Part shown: one piece after another, positions 1-9,901 of the stretch | Layout of the letters: each line of letters begins with the position of its first letter | Position numbering within the stretch: position 1 is the stretch's first letter | Assembly (NCBI GenBank): GCA_007695015.1 | Contig: REEN01000027.1 | Location: forward strand, 4,994 to 68,993 | Source of the DNA: Marinilabiliales bacterium | GTDB lineage: Bacteria; Bacteroidota; Bacteroidia; Bacteroidales; PUMT01 | Length of the DNA stretch: 64,000 nt | Direction of reading: 5' to 3' | The notes under the pieces: model-generated | What the model was told of the DNA's origin: nothing | Databases searched by the model: none | What the model saw: only the letters and a program-made list of their open reading frames with translations | Made by a program: the position numbers and the translations under genes

Positions 1-1883
1 CCGGCTCGGGCAAAACCTTCACAGTTGCCAACGTGATCGAAAAGGTGCAGCGCCCAACACTGGTACTCAGCCACAACAAGACCCTGGCAGCACAGCTGTA
101 TACCGAATTCAGGGAGTTCTTCCCAAATAATGCAGTCGAATATTTCGTCTCCTACTACGACTATTACCAGCCGGAGGCTTACATTCCGGTAACAGACACC
201 TACATAGAGAAAGACCTGTCTATCAATGACGAGATCGAAAAGCTGAGACTCAGCACCACATCATCACTGCTTTCGGGAAGACGCGATGTAATAGTCGTAT
301 CATCAGTATCGTGTATTTACGGAATTGGCAATCCGGATGATTTTCACAGCAACACCATCAGGCTTGAAAAAGGGCAGGTAATTAATCGCAACCAGTTGCT
401 GCGCAGACTGGTGGACAGTCTCTATTCGAGAACCGCAGATGATTTCAGCCATGGAAAATTCAGGGTAAAGGGCGACACGGTTGATGTCTTTCCGGCCTAT
501 GCCGACTTTGCATACCGGATCATATTCTGGGGAGATGAAATAGAGGAGATCAGCATCCTTGATCCGCTTACCGGATCGGATGGTGAACAGAAGGAGAGTG
601 TAGTTGTTTACCCGGCGAATATATTCGTTACGACACGCGACAGGATGCAGCAGGCAATAAGGAATATCCAGGATGATATGGTTGAGCAGGTCATTTTCTT
701 CGAGGACCAGGGGAGGAAGCTTGAGGCGGAAAGACTGAAACAAAAGGTTGAGTATGATATTGAAATGATAAAGGAACTGGGATATTGTTCAGGCATAGAG
801 AACTACTCAAGGTACTTTGACGGCAGGGCAGCCGGTACCAGGCCCTTCTGCCTGCTTGATTATTTTCCGGAAGACTTCATCACCATAGTGGACGAAAGTC
901 ACGTCACACTGCCACAGATACGGGCAATGCACGGCGGAGATTACTCAAGGAAGAAAAACCTTGTGGATTTCGGTTTCCGGTTACCGGCAGCAATAGATAA
1001 CAGGCCGCTAAAATTCGAGGAGTTCGAGCAGGTAACAGGCCAGATTATCTTTGTCAGCGCGACTCCCGGTGACTATGAACTTGAGAAGAGCGAAGGCATA
1101 ATTGTTGAACAGGTGATCAGGCCGACCGGACTTCCGGAACCTGATGTGGAGGTGCATCCCACCCCTGATCAGATCGACCACCTGATGGGAGAGATTAACA
1201 GCAGGGCAGCGAAAAATGAAAGGGTACTGGTAACAACACTTACAAAGCGTATGGCCGAAGAACTTACCAGGTACCTGTCCAATATGAACATAAGCTGCAG
1301 GTATATACACTCAGATATCGATACGCTTGAGAGGGTCGAGATAATGGAAGGACTGAGAGAGGGGAACTTTGACGTTCTGATCGGGGTAAACCTCCTCAGG
1401 GAGGGTCTCGACCTGCCCGAAGTATCACTGGTGGCTATTTTGGATGCGGACAAGGAAGGTTTTCTCAGGTCAGCAAGATCGCTAACGCAGACGGCCGGAA
1501 GAGCTGCAAGGAACATCAACGGGAAAGTGATCATGTATGCAGACACCATTACCCGGTCGATGAAACAGAGCATCGAAGAGACCGCACGGCGAAGGGAAAA
1601 GCAGCTGGCATACAACAGGGATAATAATATTACCCCCGCGCAGATTGTAAAATCAAGCAGAACATCGCTGAAAAAGGCGGGGAAGTATACCGATCCCGAA
1701 AAATTTGATATTGCAGCCGACCCGGTAGTCCGCTACATGAACTCAGAAGAACTTCAGAAAGCAATTGCCAGGACACGCAGCGCCATGGAGAAAGCCGCTG
1801 AAGAGCTTGACTTCCTTACTGCTGCAAGATACAGGGATGAACTGTATGAGCTTGAAAAACTGATCGGAAATAAAAAACCCTGA
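1..1883 (+). CDS. uvrB: Excinuclease ABC subunit B (UvrB), 5' end cut by window edge
   Basis: The frame is open from base 3, and the first codons read GSGKTFT (Walker A). Also present: DESH box ([11 protein letters not shown]), helicase motif QTAGRAARN and C-terminal UVR motif ([14 protein letters not shown]). Stop at 1881-1883. Confidence 0.97.
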   Translation, partial: GSGKTFTVANVIEKVQRPTLVLSHNKTLAAQLYTEFREFFPNNAVEYFVSYYDYYQPEAYIPVTDTYIEKDLSINDEIEKLRLSTTSSLLSGRRDVIVVSSVSCIYGIGNPDDFHSNTIRLEKGQVINRNQLLRRLVDSLYSRTADDFSHGKFRVKGDTVDVFPAYADFAYRIIFWGDEIEEISILDPLTGSDGEQKESVVVYPANIFVTTRDRMQQAIRNIQDDMVEQVIFFEDQGRKLEAERLKQKVEYDIEMIKELGYCSGIENYSRYFDGRAAGTRPFCLLDYFPEDFITIVDESHVTLPQIRAMHGGDYSRKKNLVDFGFRLPAAIDNRPLKFEEFEQVTGQIIFVSATPGDYELEKSEGIIVEQVIRPTGLPEPDVEVHPTPDQIDHLMGEINSRAAKNERVLVTTLTKRMAEELTRYLSNMNISCRYIHSDIDTLERVEIMEGLREGNFDVLIGVNLLREGLDLPEVSLVAILDADKEGFLRSARSLTQTAGRAARNINGKVIMYADTITRSMKQSIEETARRREKQLAYNRDNNITPAQIVKSSRTSLKKAGKYTDPEKFDIAADPVVRYMNSEELQKAIARTRSAMEKAAEELDFLTAARYRDELYELEKLIGNKKP

Positions 1884-2008
1884 TAATCAGCGACCCACTG
1901 CTCATTTTTATTTAAAAGTTTTTTATATAAAAATTAATTTGTAGTTTAGTAGTGAAATCGCCCCGCTATGCAAGGACGGGCGACGGTGGTGGATTATATA
2001 CATATAGT

Positions 2009-2416
2009 ATGGAAAAACTAATCATCCAGGGCGAAAAGAAGACGCCATATATAAGCCTTGATCCCGGCAGCAGGCAGTTGAAATTTGAGGGCCGGTCAAT
2101 TCCCGAAGACACAATCAGCTTCTACGAACCCATACTCAAATGGATGGAACAGTATGTTGAGGCAGAACGGAAAGACACAACTGACCTGCATGTGAACCTT
2201 GAGTATTTCAATACCAGTACATCCAGGTACCTGTTTGGAATATTCAAGAAACTTGAGGCATACCACAACAAGGGTAACCCTGTGCTGATACACTGGTATT
2301 ATGAAAAGGATGATTTTGAAATGCTGGAATCCGGCGAGGATTACGCATCAATCCTGAAAATACCCTTCAAAATGGTGCCGGTTGAGGTTGAAGGAGACAA
2401 CCTTGACCAACTTTAA
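2009..2416 (+). CDS. DUF1987 / SiaC-family regulatory phosphoprotein (orphan paralogue)
   Basis: 135 aa from ATG 2009. The longer GTG ORF from 1952 only adds a basic, non-conserved leader. Roughly half the residues are identical by eye to the 62010-62390 paralogue, with shared blocks GRSIPE, LEYFNTS(T/S)S, FKKLEA, WYYE.DD..MLE.GEDY and IPFKM. Confidence 0.8.
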   Translation: MEKLIIQGEKKTPYISLDPGSRQLKFEGRSIPEDTISFYEPILKWMEQYVEAERKDTTDLHVNLEYFNTSTSRYLFGIFKKLEAYHNKGNPVLIHWYYEKDDFEMLESGEDYASILKIPFKMVPVEVEGDNLDQL

Positions 2417-2611
2417 CCAGACAGCATATCTTTTTACCAGGTTATAATTCACAGGTGAACCTATCTCCGTTGTCCGGGGATTCGCTCGGAAAGTTCCAGC
2501 CAGGTGTACTAAAGTTGTGCCTGACGCAATGAAAGTAATCTCACTGGGAAAAAACAGGTTTGACTGCAGTAATAGTGGTGAAGAAAGTTTTACGTTCACT
2601 TCCCCGGAAGG

Positions 2612-2642
2612 AAAAAGCAAAAAAGGCGGAATAAATTCCGCC
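2612..2642 (-). terminator. Rho-independent terminator downstream of rpoD (possibly bidirectional)
   Basis: Stem GGCGGAA (2625-2631), loop TAAA, stem TTCCGCC (2636-2642). On the minus strand it is followed by TTTTTTGCTTTTT. It lies 27 nt past the rpoD stop. Confidence 0.6.
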
Positions 2643-2668
2643 CTGAATGTAATTCTTTTTTATTAAAA

Positions 2669-3529
2669 TCAGCCAAGATAGCTTTTCAGCAGCCTGCTTC
2701 TTGAGGTATGGCGCAGCCTTCTGATAGCTTTCTCCTTGATCTGCCTGACCCTCTCACGGGTAAGTCCGAATCTTTCTCCTATCTCTTCAAGTGTCATGTC
2801 CTGTACTCCGATACCGAAGAAATACCTTACGATATCTCTTTCCCTTTCGGTAAGTGTGGCCAGCGAACGTTCTATCTCCTTGCCAAGTGATTCATTCAGC
2901 AACGCCCTGTCGGCATTAGGCGAATCATTGTTTATCAGCACGTCGAGAAGGGAGTTCTCCTCTCCGTCGGCAAAGGGCGCATCAACCGACAGGTGCCTGC
3001 CCGACACCCTTAGGGTATCGCTAACCTTCTCCTTTGGCAGCTCGAGAATTTCTGCAAGCTCTTCCGGTGATGGTGTGCGTTCAAACTCCTGTTCGAATTT
3101 TGAAAATGCCTTGTTGATTTTGTTAAGGGAGCCCACCTGGTTGAGGGGAAGACGGACAATACGTGACTGCTCGGCAAGAGCCTGCAGAATTGACTGCCTT
3201 ATCCACCATACGGCATAAGAGATGAACTTGAACCCGCGGGTCTCATCAAACTTCTCGGCAGCCTTTATCAATCCAAGGTTCCCCTCGTTTATAAGATCGG
3301 GAAGGCTAAGTCCTTGATTCTGATACTGTTTTGCAACAGAAACCACGAAGCGCAGGTTTGCCCTTGTAAGCTTTTCCAGGGCCTCTTTATCGCCCTGCCT
3401 GATCCTCTGGGCAAGATCAACCTCCTCTTCAATAGTGATAAGCTCTTCCCTGCCAATCTCCTGCAGATACTTGTCAAGCGAAGCACTCTCCCTGTTGGTA
3501 ATTGATTTTGTGATCTTTAGCTGTCTCAT
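2669..3529 (-). CDS. rpoD: Primary RNA polymerase sigma factor (sigma-70 family, short Bacteroidota type)
   Basis: 286 aa. Region 2 ([13 protein letters not shown]), region 3, and the region 4.2 HTH ([28 protein letters not shown]). It has no long N-terminal region 1.1, as is usual for Bacteroidota sigma-A. Confidence 0.93.
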   Translation of the reverse strand: MRQLKITKSITNRESASLDKYLQEIGREELITIEEEVDLAQRIRQGDKEALEKLTRANLRFVVSVAKQYQNQGLSLPDLINEGNLGLIKAAEKFDETRGFKFISYAVWWIRQSILQALAEQSRIVRLPLNQVGSLNKINKAFSKFEQEFERTPSPEELAEILELPKEKVSDTLRVSGRHLSVDAPFADGEENSLLDVLINNDSPNADRALLNESLGKEIERSLATLTERERDIVRYFFGIGVQDMTLEEIGERFGLTRERVRQIKEKAIRRLRHTSRSRLLKSYLG

Positions 3530-3552
3530 CCTCTCCTTTTAAAATATAATGG

Positions 3553-3560
3553 CAAATTTA
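3553..3560 (-). promoter_or_regulatory. Bacteroidota -7 promoter box TAAATTTG upstream of rpoD
   Basis: Perfect TAnnTTTG on the minus strand, 24 nt upstream of the rpoD ATG (3529). Confidence 0.4.
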
Positions 3561-3614
3561 AGGCAATTAATATATATTTTCAACCTGATCAGTGGGCTTT
3601 CCTGAATAAACGCT

Positions 3615-3639
3615 AAAAAAGACCTGCTATTGCAGGCCT
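3615..3639 (-). terminator. Rho-independent terminator downstream of htrA
   Basis: The minus strand reads GGCCUGC-AAUA-GCAGGUC (7 bp including one G-U pair) followed by UUUUUU. It lies about 36 nt past the htrA stop. Confidence 0.55.
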
Positions 3640-3674
3640 TTTTACTTTAAACTGGCGGCAATATACCTCCCGTA

Positions 3675-5123
3675 TTAAAGACCCAATGCATAATAGGCAA
3701 CCGTACCATCCGGATAGACACCTTCAACAAGAACGCCTCCTGTATGCCCATCCAGTATTTCCCTGATGTCGGCCGGCGAATTTACCGGCCTGTTGTTTAT
3801 GGAGGTTATTATAAAGGTTTCTCTCATACCGGCCTCCATGAATTTACCAGGTCCGAGGTCGGTTATCTGTACACCACCGCGAATGTTCAACTCTCTCCTA
3901 ATATCCCGGGGAACCTCCCTGAACCTTGCCCCCAGGTAAGCCTCCTGCGGCCTCACAATTTCCGTATGGCCCTCTAGATTACGTAGAGTGGCGGTGATTT
4001 GTTGCGTTCTGTTGTTACGATTTACCAAAATATTTATTTTATCATTCGGGCGGTAGCGCGCCACCTGCTCCTGCAGTTCGGAGGGACTGTTTACAGTGAC
4101 ATTGTCAATTCTCAATATTACATCGCCCTCTTTCAGTCCCGCTTCCTCTGCCGCACTATTAACCAGAATTGAGTCTACATACACCCCTTCAAGCCTGTCT
4201 ATACCCTTCTCCCGGGCCAGATCGGAACTAAGTTCCTGCATTCTGATACCCAGCACGGCCCTCTGCACTTCACCAAACTCAATGATATCGTCCACCACCT
4301 TTTTCACTATGCTTACAGGTACGGCGAAAGAGTTACCGGCAAACGCCCCCGTTGGCGACATGATGAGCGTAGGGATACCTACCAGCTCGCCCCTGAGGTT
4401 TACCAGCGCACCACCACTGTTACCCCTGTTTACGGCAGCATCTGTCTGTATGAACGATTCTATTGGCATATCACGGTTACTGAATATGCCAACGGTTCGT
4501 CCCCTGGCACTGACTATGCCAGCTGTCACTGTTGAGGTAAGGTTCATCGGGTTTCCTACCGCCAGCACCCACTGACCGAGGCGAAGGTCATCTGAATCGC
4601 CGAATTCTATATAACGGAGCCCTTCGGCTTCAACCTTCAGCAGGGCAATATCTGAGTTAGGATCACTGCCTACTATCGATGCTTCGTAACTGCGGCGGTC
4701 ATTAAGTACGACCTCAACCGCCGTCGCATTTTCAATCACATGGTAATTGGTCACAATATAACCATCCTCAGATATGATCACACCCGAGCCGAAACCTGTT
4801 ACAGGCTCCGGTTCACGCTCCTGGCGGGGACCGAAGAACCATTCGTGTAAAGGATCCTGCCTGCGCTGCTGAAACTGCGGCTGGCGCCTCATTGATGTCA
4901 CTTTCACATGTACCACGCCGTGAACCGTTTTCTCGGCGGCATAGGTGAAGTCAAACTTATCGGCCTCAAAATCATCAGGGAGATTTGTAAACCATGTGGG
5001 CCGGTCTTCCCTGTAGGTAATCACTTCAGTTACCGGTCCGGCAATTTTTGCATACGCTATTACTGCGACCAGGGCCGCTATCACTGCTATAAATATGTTT
5101 ATTATAATGCTTTTGATCTTCAT
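3675..5123 (-). CDS. htrA: HtrA/DegP/DegQ-family periplasmic serine endopeptidase with PDZ domains
   Basis: N-terminal TM/signal anchor. Catalytic contexts TNYHV (His), DIALLK (Asp) and GNSGGALVN (Ser). A C-terminal region of about 200 aa has two PDZ-like segments. Confidence 0.93.
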   Translation of the reverse strand: MKIKSIIINIFIAVIAALVAVIAYAKIAGPVTEVITYREDRPTWFTNLPDDFEADKFDFTYAAEKTVHGVVHVKVTSMRRQPQFQQRRQDPLHEWFFGPRQEREPEPVTGFGSGVIISEDGYIVTNYHVIENATAVEVVLNDRRSYEASIVGSDPNSDIALLKVEAEGLRYIEFGDSDDLRLGQWVLAVGNPMNLTSTVTAGIVSARGRTVGIFSNRDMPIESFIQTDAAVNRGNSGGALVNLRGELVGIPTLIMSPTGAFAGNSFAVPVSIVKKVVDDIIEFGEVQRAVLGIRMQELSSDLAREKGIDRLEGVYVDSILVNSAAEEAGLKEGDVILRIDNVTVNSPSELQEQVARYRPNDKINILVNRNNRTQQITATLRNLEGHTEIVRPQEAYLGARFREVPRDIRRELNIRGGVQITDLGPGKFMEAGMRETFIITSINNRPVNSPADIREILDGHTGGVLVEGVYPDGTVAYYALGL

Positions 5124-5249
5124 AACTCCGGTATTTTGTTTTTAATTAAAAATTAAAATAGTCACTGATTAATAAACTCTCAATTACCATTTTTGTTTTA
5201 AAATCAGCCCGCCTCAATCTGTAAATATTGGCTGTGGCCTTTTTTAAGG

Positions 5250-5257
5250 TAACTTTG
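5250..5257 (+). promoter_or_regulatory. -7 promoter box TAACTTTG upstream of dapF
   Basis: Perfect TAnnTTTG on the plus strand, 92 nt upstream of the dapF ATG. It is immediately followed by the inverted repeat TGCATA-N5-TATGCA. Confidence 0.3.
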
Positions 5258-5348
5258 CATATAATTTATGCAAAAATAGTGCCTGATACCGGCAACATGC
5301 CAACTCGTCGGGTTAAAAAAATTTAAAATCGCTGACAAACCGGATCTC

Positions 5349-6149
5349 ATGGAGCTCAAATTCAGTAAATATCACGGCAACGGAAATGATTTCATTATTA
5401 TTGACAACCGTTCAGGCAGATTTCCCACAGAGGATGAGGTATTAATCAGTAGATTGTGTAACAGGTACTTCGGGATTGGAGGAGACGGACTCATTCTGCT
5501 GGAAGTCCGCGAAGATTATGATTTCCACATGAGGTATTTTAATTCAGACGGCAGGGAAGCAACAATGTGCGGAAACGGCGGACGCTGCCTTGTGCATTTT
5601 GCAAACAGGCTTGGTCTTACAGGACAGGATGCACATTTCTCCGGAATTGACGGCCCCCACCATGCGAGGATCGGCGAGAATGAGCTCGTGCACCTGAGGA
5701 TGCAGGATGTTTCCGGAATTGAAAAGGTGGGCAATGCATTTGTTCTGAACACAGGTTCGCCACACTATGTGGTTTTTGTGGCCGATCCAGATAATTGTGA
5801 TGTTGTTGCTGAGGGCAGAAAAATACGTTACAGCGGAAATTTTGGCGAACGGGGCATCAATGTAAATTTTGTCGGGTACGATAACAATGCAATCCGGGTC
5901 AGGACCTATGAAAGAGGTGTTGAGAATGAGACACTCTCCTGCGGGACCGGATCGGTTGCAGCTGCCATCTGTTCAAGGCTTGACAGTGACCTGCCTGACC
6001 ATACCGTGGAAGTCCGCTCCCCCGGAGGTTCTCTTGAAGTCAGCTTCAGACGGAAAGATCGGTTAAGTTTTACTGATATATGGCTTACAGGTCCCGCAAA
6101 ACAGGTGTTCGACGGCAGGACCGATACCGGTCATCTCCCTTCCTTGTAA
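5349..6149 (+). CDS. dapF: Diaminopimelate epimerase
   Basis: KYHGNGNDFIIID N-terminal motif. Both catalytic Cys contexts are present (MCGNGGRC and SCGTGSVAAA). 266 aa. Confidence 0.95.
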   Translation: MELKFSKYHGNGNDFIIIDNRSGRFPTEDEVLISRLCNRYFGIGGDGLILLEVREDYDFHMRYFNSDGREATMCGNGGRCLVHFANRLGLTGQDAHFSGIDGPHHARIGENELVHLRMQDVSGIEKVGNAFVLNTGSPHYVVFVADPDNCDVVAEGRKIRYSGNFGERGINVNFVGYDNNAIRVRTYERGVENETLSCGTGSVAAAICSRLDSDLPDHTVEVRSPGGSLEVSFRRKDRLSFTDIWLTGPAKQVFDGRTDTGHLPSL

Positions 6150-6164
6150 CACCCCGAAGTAACT

Positions 6165-6761
6165 TCATTTTTTACATGCCACCAGCCTTATTACGCTGGC
6201 AGCCCCCCTGTGGCACAAACCCTCATCCAGATTAACCTCCTGCTTGTATAAGGTCTCAATTTCAAGATCACTGAAATCCTCCTTCAGCTCGCCGATATCA
6301 TACAGCATCGATTTGTCAGCCGGCCCCCCGCTGTCATACTTAAGCTGCCCCCTGGAGAAAGCCTCCAGTATGAAGAACCCCCCTTTCTTTAGTGAGTTTA
6401 CAAGCTTCTTATGAATGTATGATCTGTTTCCGGCCATGAAATGTACATGTATAAGCGCTATTGCATCATACATCTCCTCACCAAGCTCGTGAAACTCAAT
6501 ATCTGCAACAAGGTACTCAATGCTCACCCCCTCCCTCCTGGCAAGCTCAAGAGCCTTATTCCTCGCATTAAGGCTGAAATCAAATGCATTAACATCCCAG
6601 CCCTTATTGGCTGCATAAACGGCATTACGGCCCTCACCCTCAGCCGGCAGCAGTATTCTGCCGGGTTCCACCCCATCGATGAAGGTCTTGAAAAAGACAT
6701 TTGGTTTGTCTCCGTAAACATAATCCCTGTTTTTGTACCTTTCCTCCCAGAATTCTCTCAT
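6165..6761 (-). CDS. Class I SAM-dependent methyltransferase (small, TehB/TPMT-like)
   Basis: 198 aa. SAM motif I-like LLPAEGEGRNAVYAA followed by an acidic post-I residue (VNAFDFS). Substrate unknown. Confidence 0.75.
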   Translation of the reverse strand: MREFWEERYKNRDYVYGDKPNVFFKTFIDGVEPGRILLPAEGEGRNAVYAANKGWDVNAFDFSLNARNKALELARREGVSIEYLVADIEFHELGEEMYDAIALIHVHFMAGNRSYIHKKLVNSLKKGGFFILEAFSRGQLKYDSGGPADKSMLYDIGELKEDFSDLEIETLYKQEVNLDEGLCHRGAASVIRLVACKK

Positions 6762-6839
6762 TGCGTGTGAAAATAAAAATTAATCATACTGTTTAAACCA
6801 ACCGGCAGATGGTCTTTAGGTAAAACCGCCGATTTATGA

Positions 6840-9725
6840 TTACCTGGCGGGAGCCCTGTTACCGATCATCACGAAAGCTCCCCAATAGAAGGGTGAGCTG
6901 TAACTCTCCATTACTTTTAGCTGAGCATCCCTGAAGGCAATGCTTTTATCACCTTTTTCAAGCCATTTCCTGTAAAACTCCGACATCAGCATCTGGGTTA
7001 CCTCATCGCTCACCTGCCACAGGCTCAATATGACAGTCCCCGACCCGGCCACCTGGAACGCCCGCTGAAGTCCGTAAACACCCTCACCGTTGATCACCTC
7101 CCCCAGACCGGTTTCACATGCACTCAGAACAACCAGCCGGGTCGAAGAGAGGTCAAGCAGCATCGCCTCATAAGCATTCAGTATACCGTCATCACCATCA
7201 GCAATATTAACGGTACCTATCTGCTGTATAGTATTGTCCGCCCCGGCCAGCATCAGTCCGCTCCGCAACAGGGGATTCTCAACAGCCTTTTCCGGTTCAA
7301 TCCCAAGTACCGTTTCACCGGATCCTGCATCAACATCATCAAGGAAAAACCCGTGAGTAGCTACGTGCAGGATATCGGGGCTCCGAACCCTCCTTATATT
7401 TGTTTCAGTTGCCATGTCGTCAAGATAAACCGAGGTACTCCATCCCGCACTACTGAAAAGCCTGTCAATGATCTCAACCTCTTCCCTTGTCCCAGGCAGT
7501 TCAGGCAGGGGCATAGTGGTTACAAGGTCCCAGTCCACTCCAAGCGAATAATTGGGATCACCGACAAGCACGGCTGATCCCTCACCCTGGAAAGCATCCG
7601 TTTCCTGCCTCGGCTGTTCTGCAAGTACCCTTGTGTTCGGTACATAGAACATCCTCTTTTTCCTTATCAGGTAACTTCCATCAACATCTGTAAGGGTTAG
7701 CAGGTTGATCTGGTTGAAAACACCGTCGAGCGATATGAAAATATCAGAATAATCAGCGGTGACCGATGATAACTCTCCCCAGTATATCCTGCCAAGTTCA
7801 TTATCTTCCAGGGCCCGCTCCATAATCCTTCTGTATTCGGCAGCATATAATGTTTCCATCTCATTGCCGTTCCTGAATACAGTAACTGAGGGCTGATCCA
7901 TATTCCGGTCAACCACCAGCGATGCGTAATATACAAGTGTATCGGGCCTGAGGTAATTATATCTCCTGAAACGGATGATCTCCATGGCAGCCTCATCATC
8001 ATACAGTGCATCGGCTATGTCCCTGTATGAAACCCTTTGGACCGAGTACCCCTCCTCAAACGCATCGGACATTCTTGACAGCTCCCTCTCCATTCTGTTT
8101 GCCGCATTCTCAAGTGAATCAATATTTATGTTATCCTCTGCCAGATCTTCCCTTGGCATGGTATACAGGTATGCAAGGTACTCCCTGATATCAAGCCACT
8201 CCTGGAATCTGCCTACCAGTTCGTTGTCGCCGCTGCTTAAGATCTGGTTCCTCACCCTTGTGGTGGCGTTCAGCAAAAGAGCCTTTACAGCAATATGGTA
8301 ATCATACATGTCGCCTGTTATCCCGTCAATGTGATCTTTCGCATCAACTGAGAATGAATTGAACCTGATGAAACGCGGCTGTATCCTTGCCCAGAACCTT
8401 GCCTTCTCCGTATCGCTCATGGCGGGGAAATGTCTGTCAATCTGATGCAGGTGGCGATCAAGTACCCTGGTATACCACTCATATGCATCCTGATAATCAC
8501 CTTCCTGCCATCTCAGAACGGCCATCCGCTCAATTGTGCTGATATGATTTGGATGATGATCATCCAGTGATTCCTTTTCAATCTCCAGCGCTTCCTGAAG
8601 CAGAGGCAATGCCGCTCCGGTATTCCCGGCCAGGAGATAGAAACCACCGAGCTCCGAGGCGGTGGCAGCATAGTGGGGATTATCCCGGCCCAGTCTCCGT
8701 CTGTAAATATCCAGTGCACTGGTTAAATTCTCCTCAACCTTGTCCATTTCTCCGGTAACCATGTAGAGTGACGCAATGTTCCTGAGCATAACTGCATAGT
8801 CGGGGTGCCCGGCACCCAGGCGTCTGCGCTTTGCAGCCAGAGCATCAAGATAGATTTTTTCCGCCTCATCATACTCCTCCAGAAGCTGGTACAACAATGC
8901 CAGGTTAACCTTCATTCTCAAAAAATTTGCCGATCTTTCACCAAGCTGGCCGGAAGCTATCTCCACAGCACTATTAAGCAATTCTTCAGCTTCATTATAC
9001 CGTCCTGTAACCTGGTAAAAAATCGCCTGGTTATTCAGTGCAATTGAGTAGGGCACAGAGTTACCTCCCTGGTACCTGTATATGTTCTCAACTGCTTTCT
9101 CATAATAATCATGGGCCTCGGTATATCTCCCCATATCCTTGTACAGCACTGCAAGATTGTTGTAGGATGCTCCAAGCGTGCTCTCATCGGCCACAGCTCG
9201 GGCCCGCATCTCCATGGCTTCAATTGTGAGGTTCTCGGCGCTGCTGTATCTGCCGGTTGCATGGTGCAGCAATCCAAGGTTACTTATGACACTTGCAGCC
9301 TCCTTTGAGGGGTACATATTGTTAAACCTGTAAATCTCCAAAGCACTGTTAAACGAAAGTTCAGCAGACCTGAACCGCCCGGAAGCATAGAACATCTCAC
9401 CCGCCTGGTTAAGATCCTCTGCCTTTTCAGCCGGAGACCTGTCCGCATAACTTTCGGGCGTCAGCACAAAAAGCAGCACTCTCTGGAGTTTGCGGTATCT
9501 TTCCTGTGACTCGAACATCCCTGAATTGTCACTGAATGAAACTGCATAGTTAAATTCTGTCTGATCGTACTCTTCATAAGACTTTCTCAGCTGATTTACA
9601 GCCTCATCCTTCAGGGCATCCACTACCCTGTCCCTGCCGGCATCGATGATCTGGCGCAGTATCTGCCCAGGAGCAGCCTCAAACTGAAAAAACAGGACAA
9701 TAATAACCGGAATAAGCTTTCTCAT
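6840..9725 (-). CDS. Exported TPR-repeat + CHAT-domain (caspase-like) protein
   Basis: I favour the start at ATG 9725, which gives the signal-peptide-like MRKLIPVIIVLFFQFEAAPG. The track ORF extends to 9866. There are many TPR units (for example NLAVLYKDMGRYTEAHDYYEKA and NQAIFYQVTGRYNEAEELL). The C-terminal CHAT domain has the His/Cys dyad contexts HVATHG and LSACETG. Confidence 0.85.
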   Translation of the reverse strand: MRKLIPVIIVLFFQFEAAPGQILRQIIDAGRDRVVDALKDEAVNQLRKSYEEYDQTEFNYAVSFSDNSGMFESQERYRKLQRVLLFVLTPESYADRSPAEKAEDLNQAGEMFYASGRFRSAELSFNSALEIYRFNNMYPSKEAASVISNLGLLHHATGRYSSAENLTIEAMEMRARAVADESTLGASYNNLAVLYKDMGRYTEAHDYYEKAVENIYRYQGGNSVPYSIALNNQAIFYQVTGRYNEAEELLNSAVEIASGQLGERSANFLRMKVNLALLYQLLEEYDEAEKIYLDALAAKRRRLGAGHPDYAVMLRNIASLYMVTGEMDKVEENLTSALDIYRRRLGRDNPHYAATASELGGFYLLAGNTGAALPLLQEALEIEKESLDDHHPNHISTIERMAVLRWQEGDYQDAYEWYTRVLDRHLHQIDRHFPAMSDTEKARFWARIQPRFIRFNSFSVDAKDHIDGITGDMYDYHIAVKALLLNATTRVRNQILSSGDNELVGRFQEWLDIREYLAYLYTMPREDLAEDNINIDSLENAANRMERELSRMSDAFEEGYSVQRVSYRDIADALYDDEAAMEIIRFRRYNYLRPDTLVYYASLVVDRNMDQPSVTVFRNGNEMETLYAAEYRRIMERALEDNELGRIYWGELSSVTADYSDIFISLDGVFNQINLLTLTDVDGSYLIRKKRMFYVPNTRVLAEQPRQETDAFQGEGSAVLVGDPNYSLGVDWDLVTTMPLPELPGTREEVEIIDRLFSSAGWSTSVYLDDMATETNIRRVRSPDILHVATHGFFLDDVDAGSGETVLGIEPEKAVENPLLRSGLMLAGADNTIQQIGTVNIADGDDGILNAYEAMLLDLSSTRLVVLSACETGLGEVINGEGVYGLQRAFQVAGSGTVILSLWQVSDEVTQMLMSEFYRKWLEKGDKSIAFRDAQLKVMESYSSPFYWGAFVMIGNRAPAR

Positions 9726-9757
9726 AGTTTCAGTTTTTTGATTAACACCGGAGTTCG

Positions 9758-9765
9758 TAAATTTG
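9758..9765 (+). promoter_or_regulatory. -7 promoter box TAAATTTG in the CHAT / methyltransferase divergent region
   Basis: Perfect TAnnTTTG on the plus strand, 137 nt upstream of ATG 9902. That is a long leader, so confidence is low. Confidence 0.25.
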
Positions 9766-9901
9766 CATCCCGGCCGGGATATTTGCTCAGAAATTCCGGA
9801 CCCGGCAGCCGTCTGATAAATGAACAATATAAAAGTAATGAATATAGGGCAAATAACATAAACCATGCCTTCTTCAATTAAATATCAACCCACTCTGTTT
9901 T

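Noticed and set aside
1169-1615. Long antisense or alternative-frame ORFs inside recognised genes (for example 1169-1615, 14114-14521, 30985-31476, 31149-31682, 43620-44066, 51462-52034, 54492-55152).
   Set aside because: Each lies wholly within a gene with strong motif support on the other strand or in another frame. Their translations are low-complexity or Ser/Leu/Arg/Cys-rich, with no recognisable motif. They are typical shadow ORFs.
2417-2620. SRP (4.5S) RNA-like words TTTACCAGGT (2432-2441) and CCGGAAGGAA (2604-2613).
   Set aside because: The two words are about 160 nt apart. The conserved AGCAGC/GGCAG partner of the SRP domain IV motif is absent, and the flanks do not form the closing helix. 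It is not ffs.
6840-9725. The TPR-CHAT protein as part of a type III-E CRISPR (Craspase) or other cytoplasmic defence system.
   Set aside because: There is no CRISPR array, cas7-11 gene or other defence gene anywhere in the window. The protein appears to be exported, and its neighbours are metabolic or housekeeping genes.
9726-9866. N-terminal extensions of track ORFs (CHAT gene to 9866, ECF sigma to 38998, DUF1987 from 1952, M20 to 13991).
   Set aside because: The extensions encode implausible leader sequences. An internal ATG gives a proper signal peptide or the conserved family N-terminus, in several cases with a -7 box in between.
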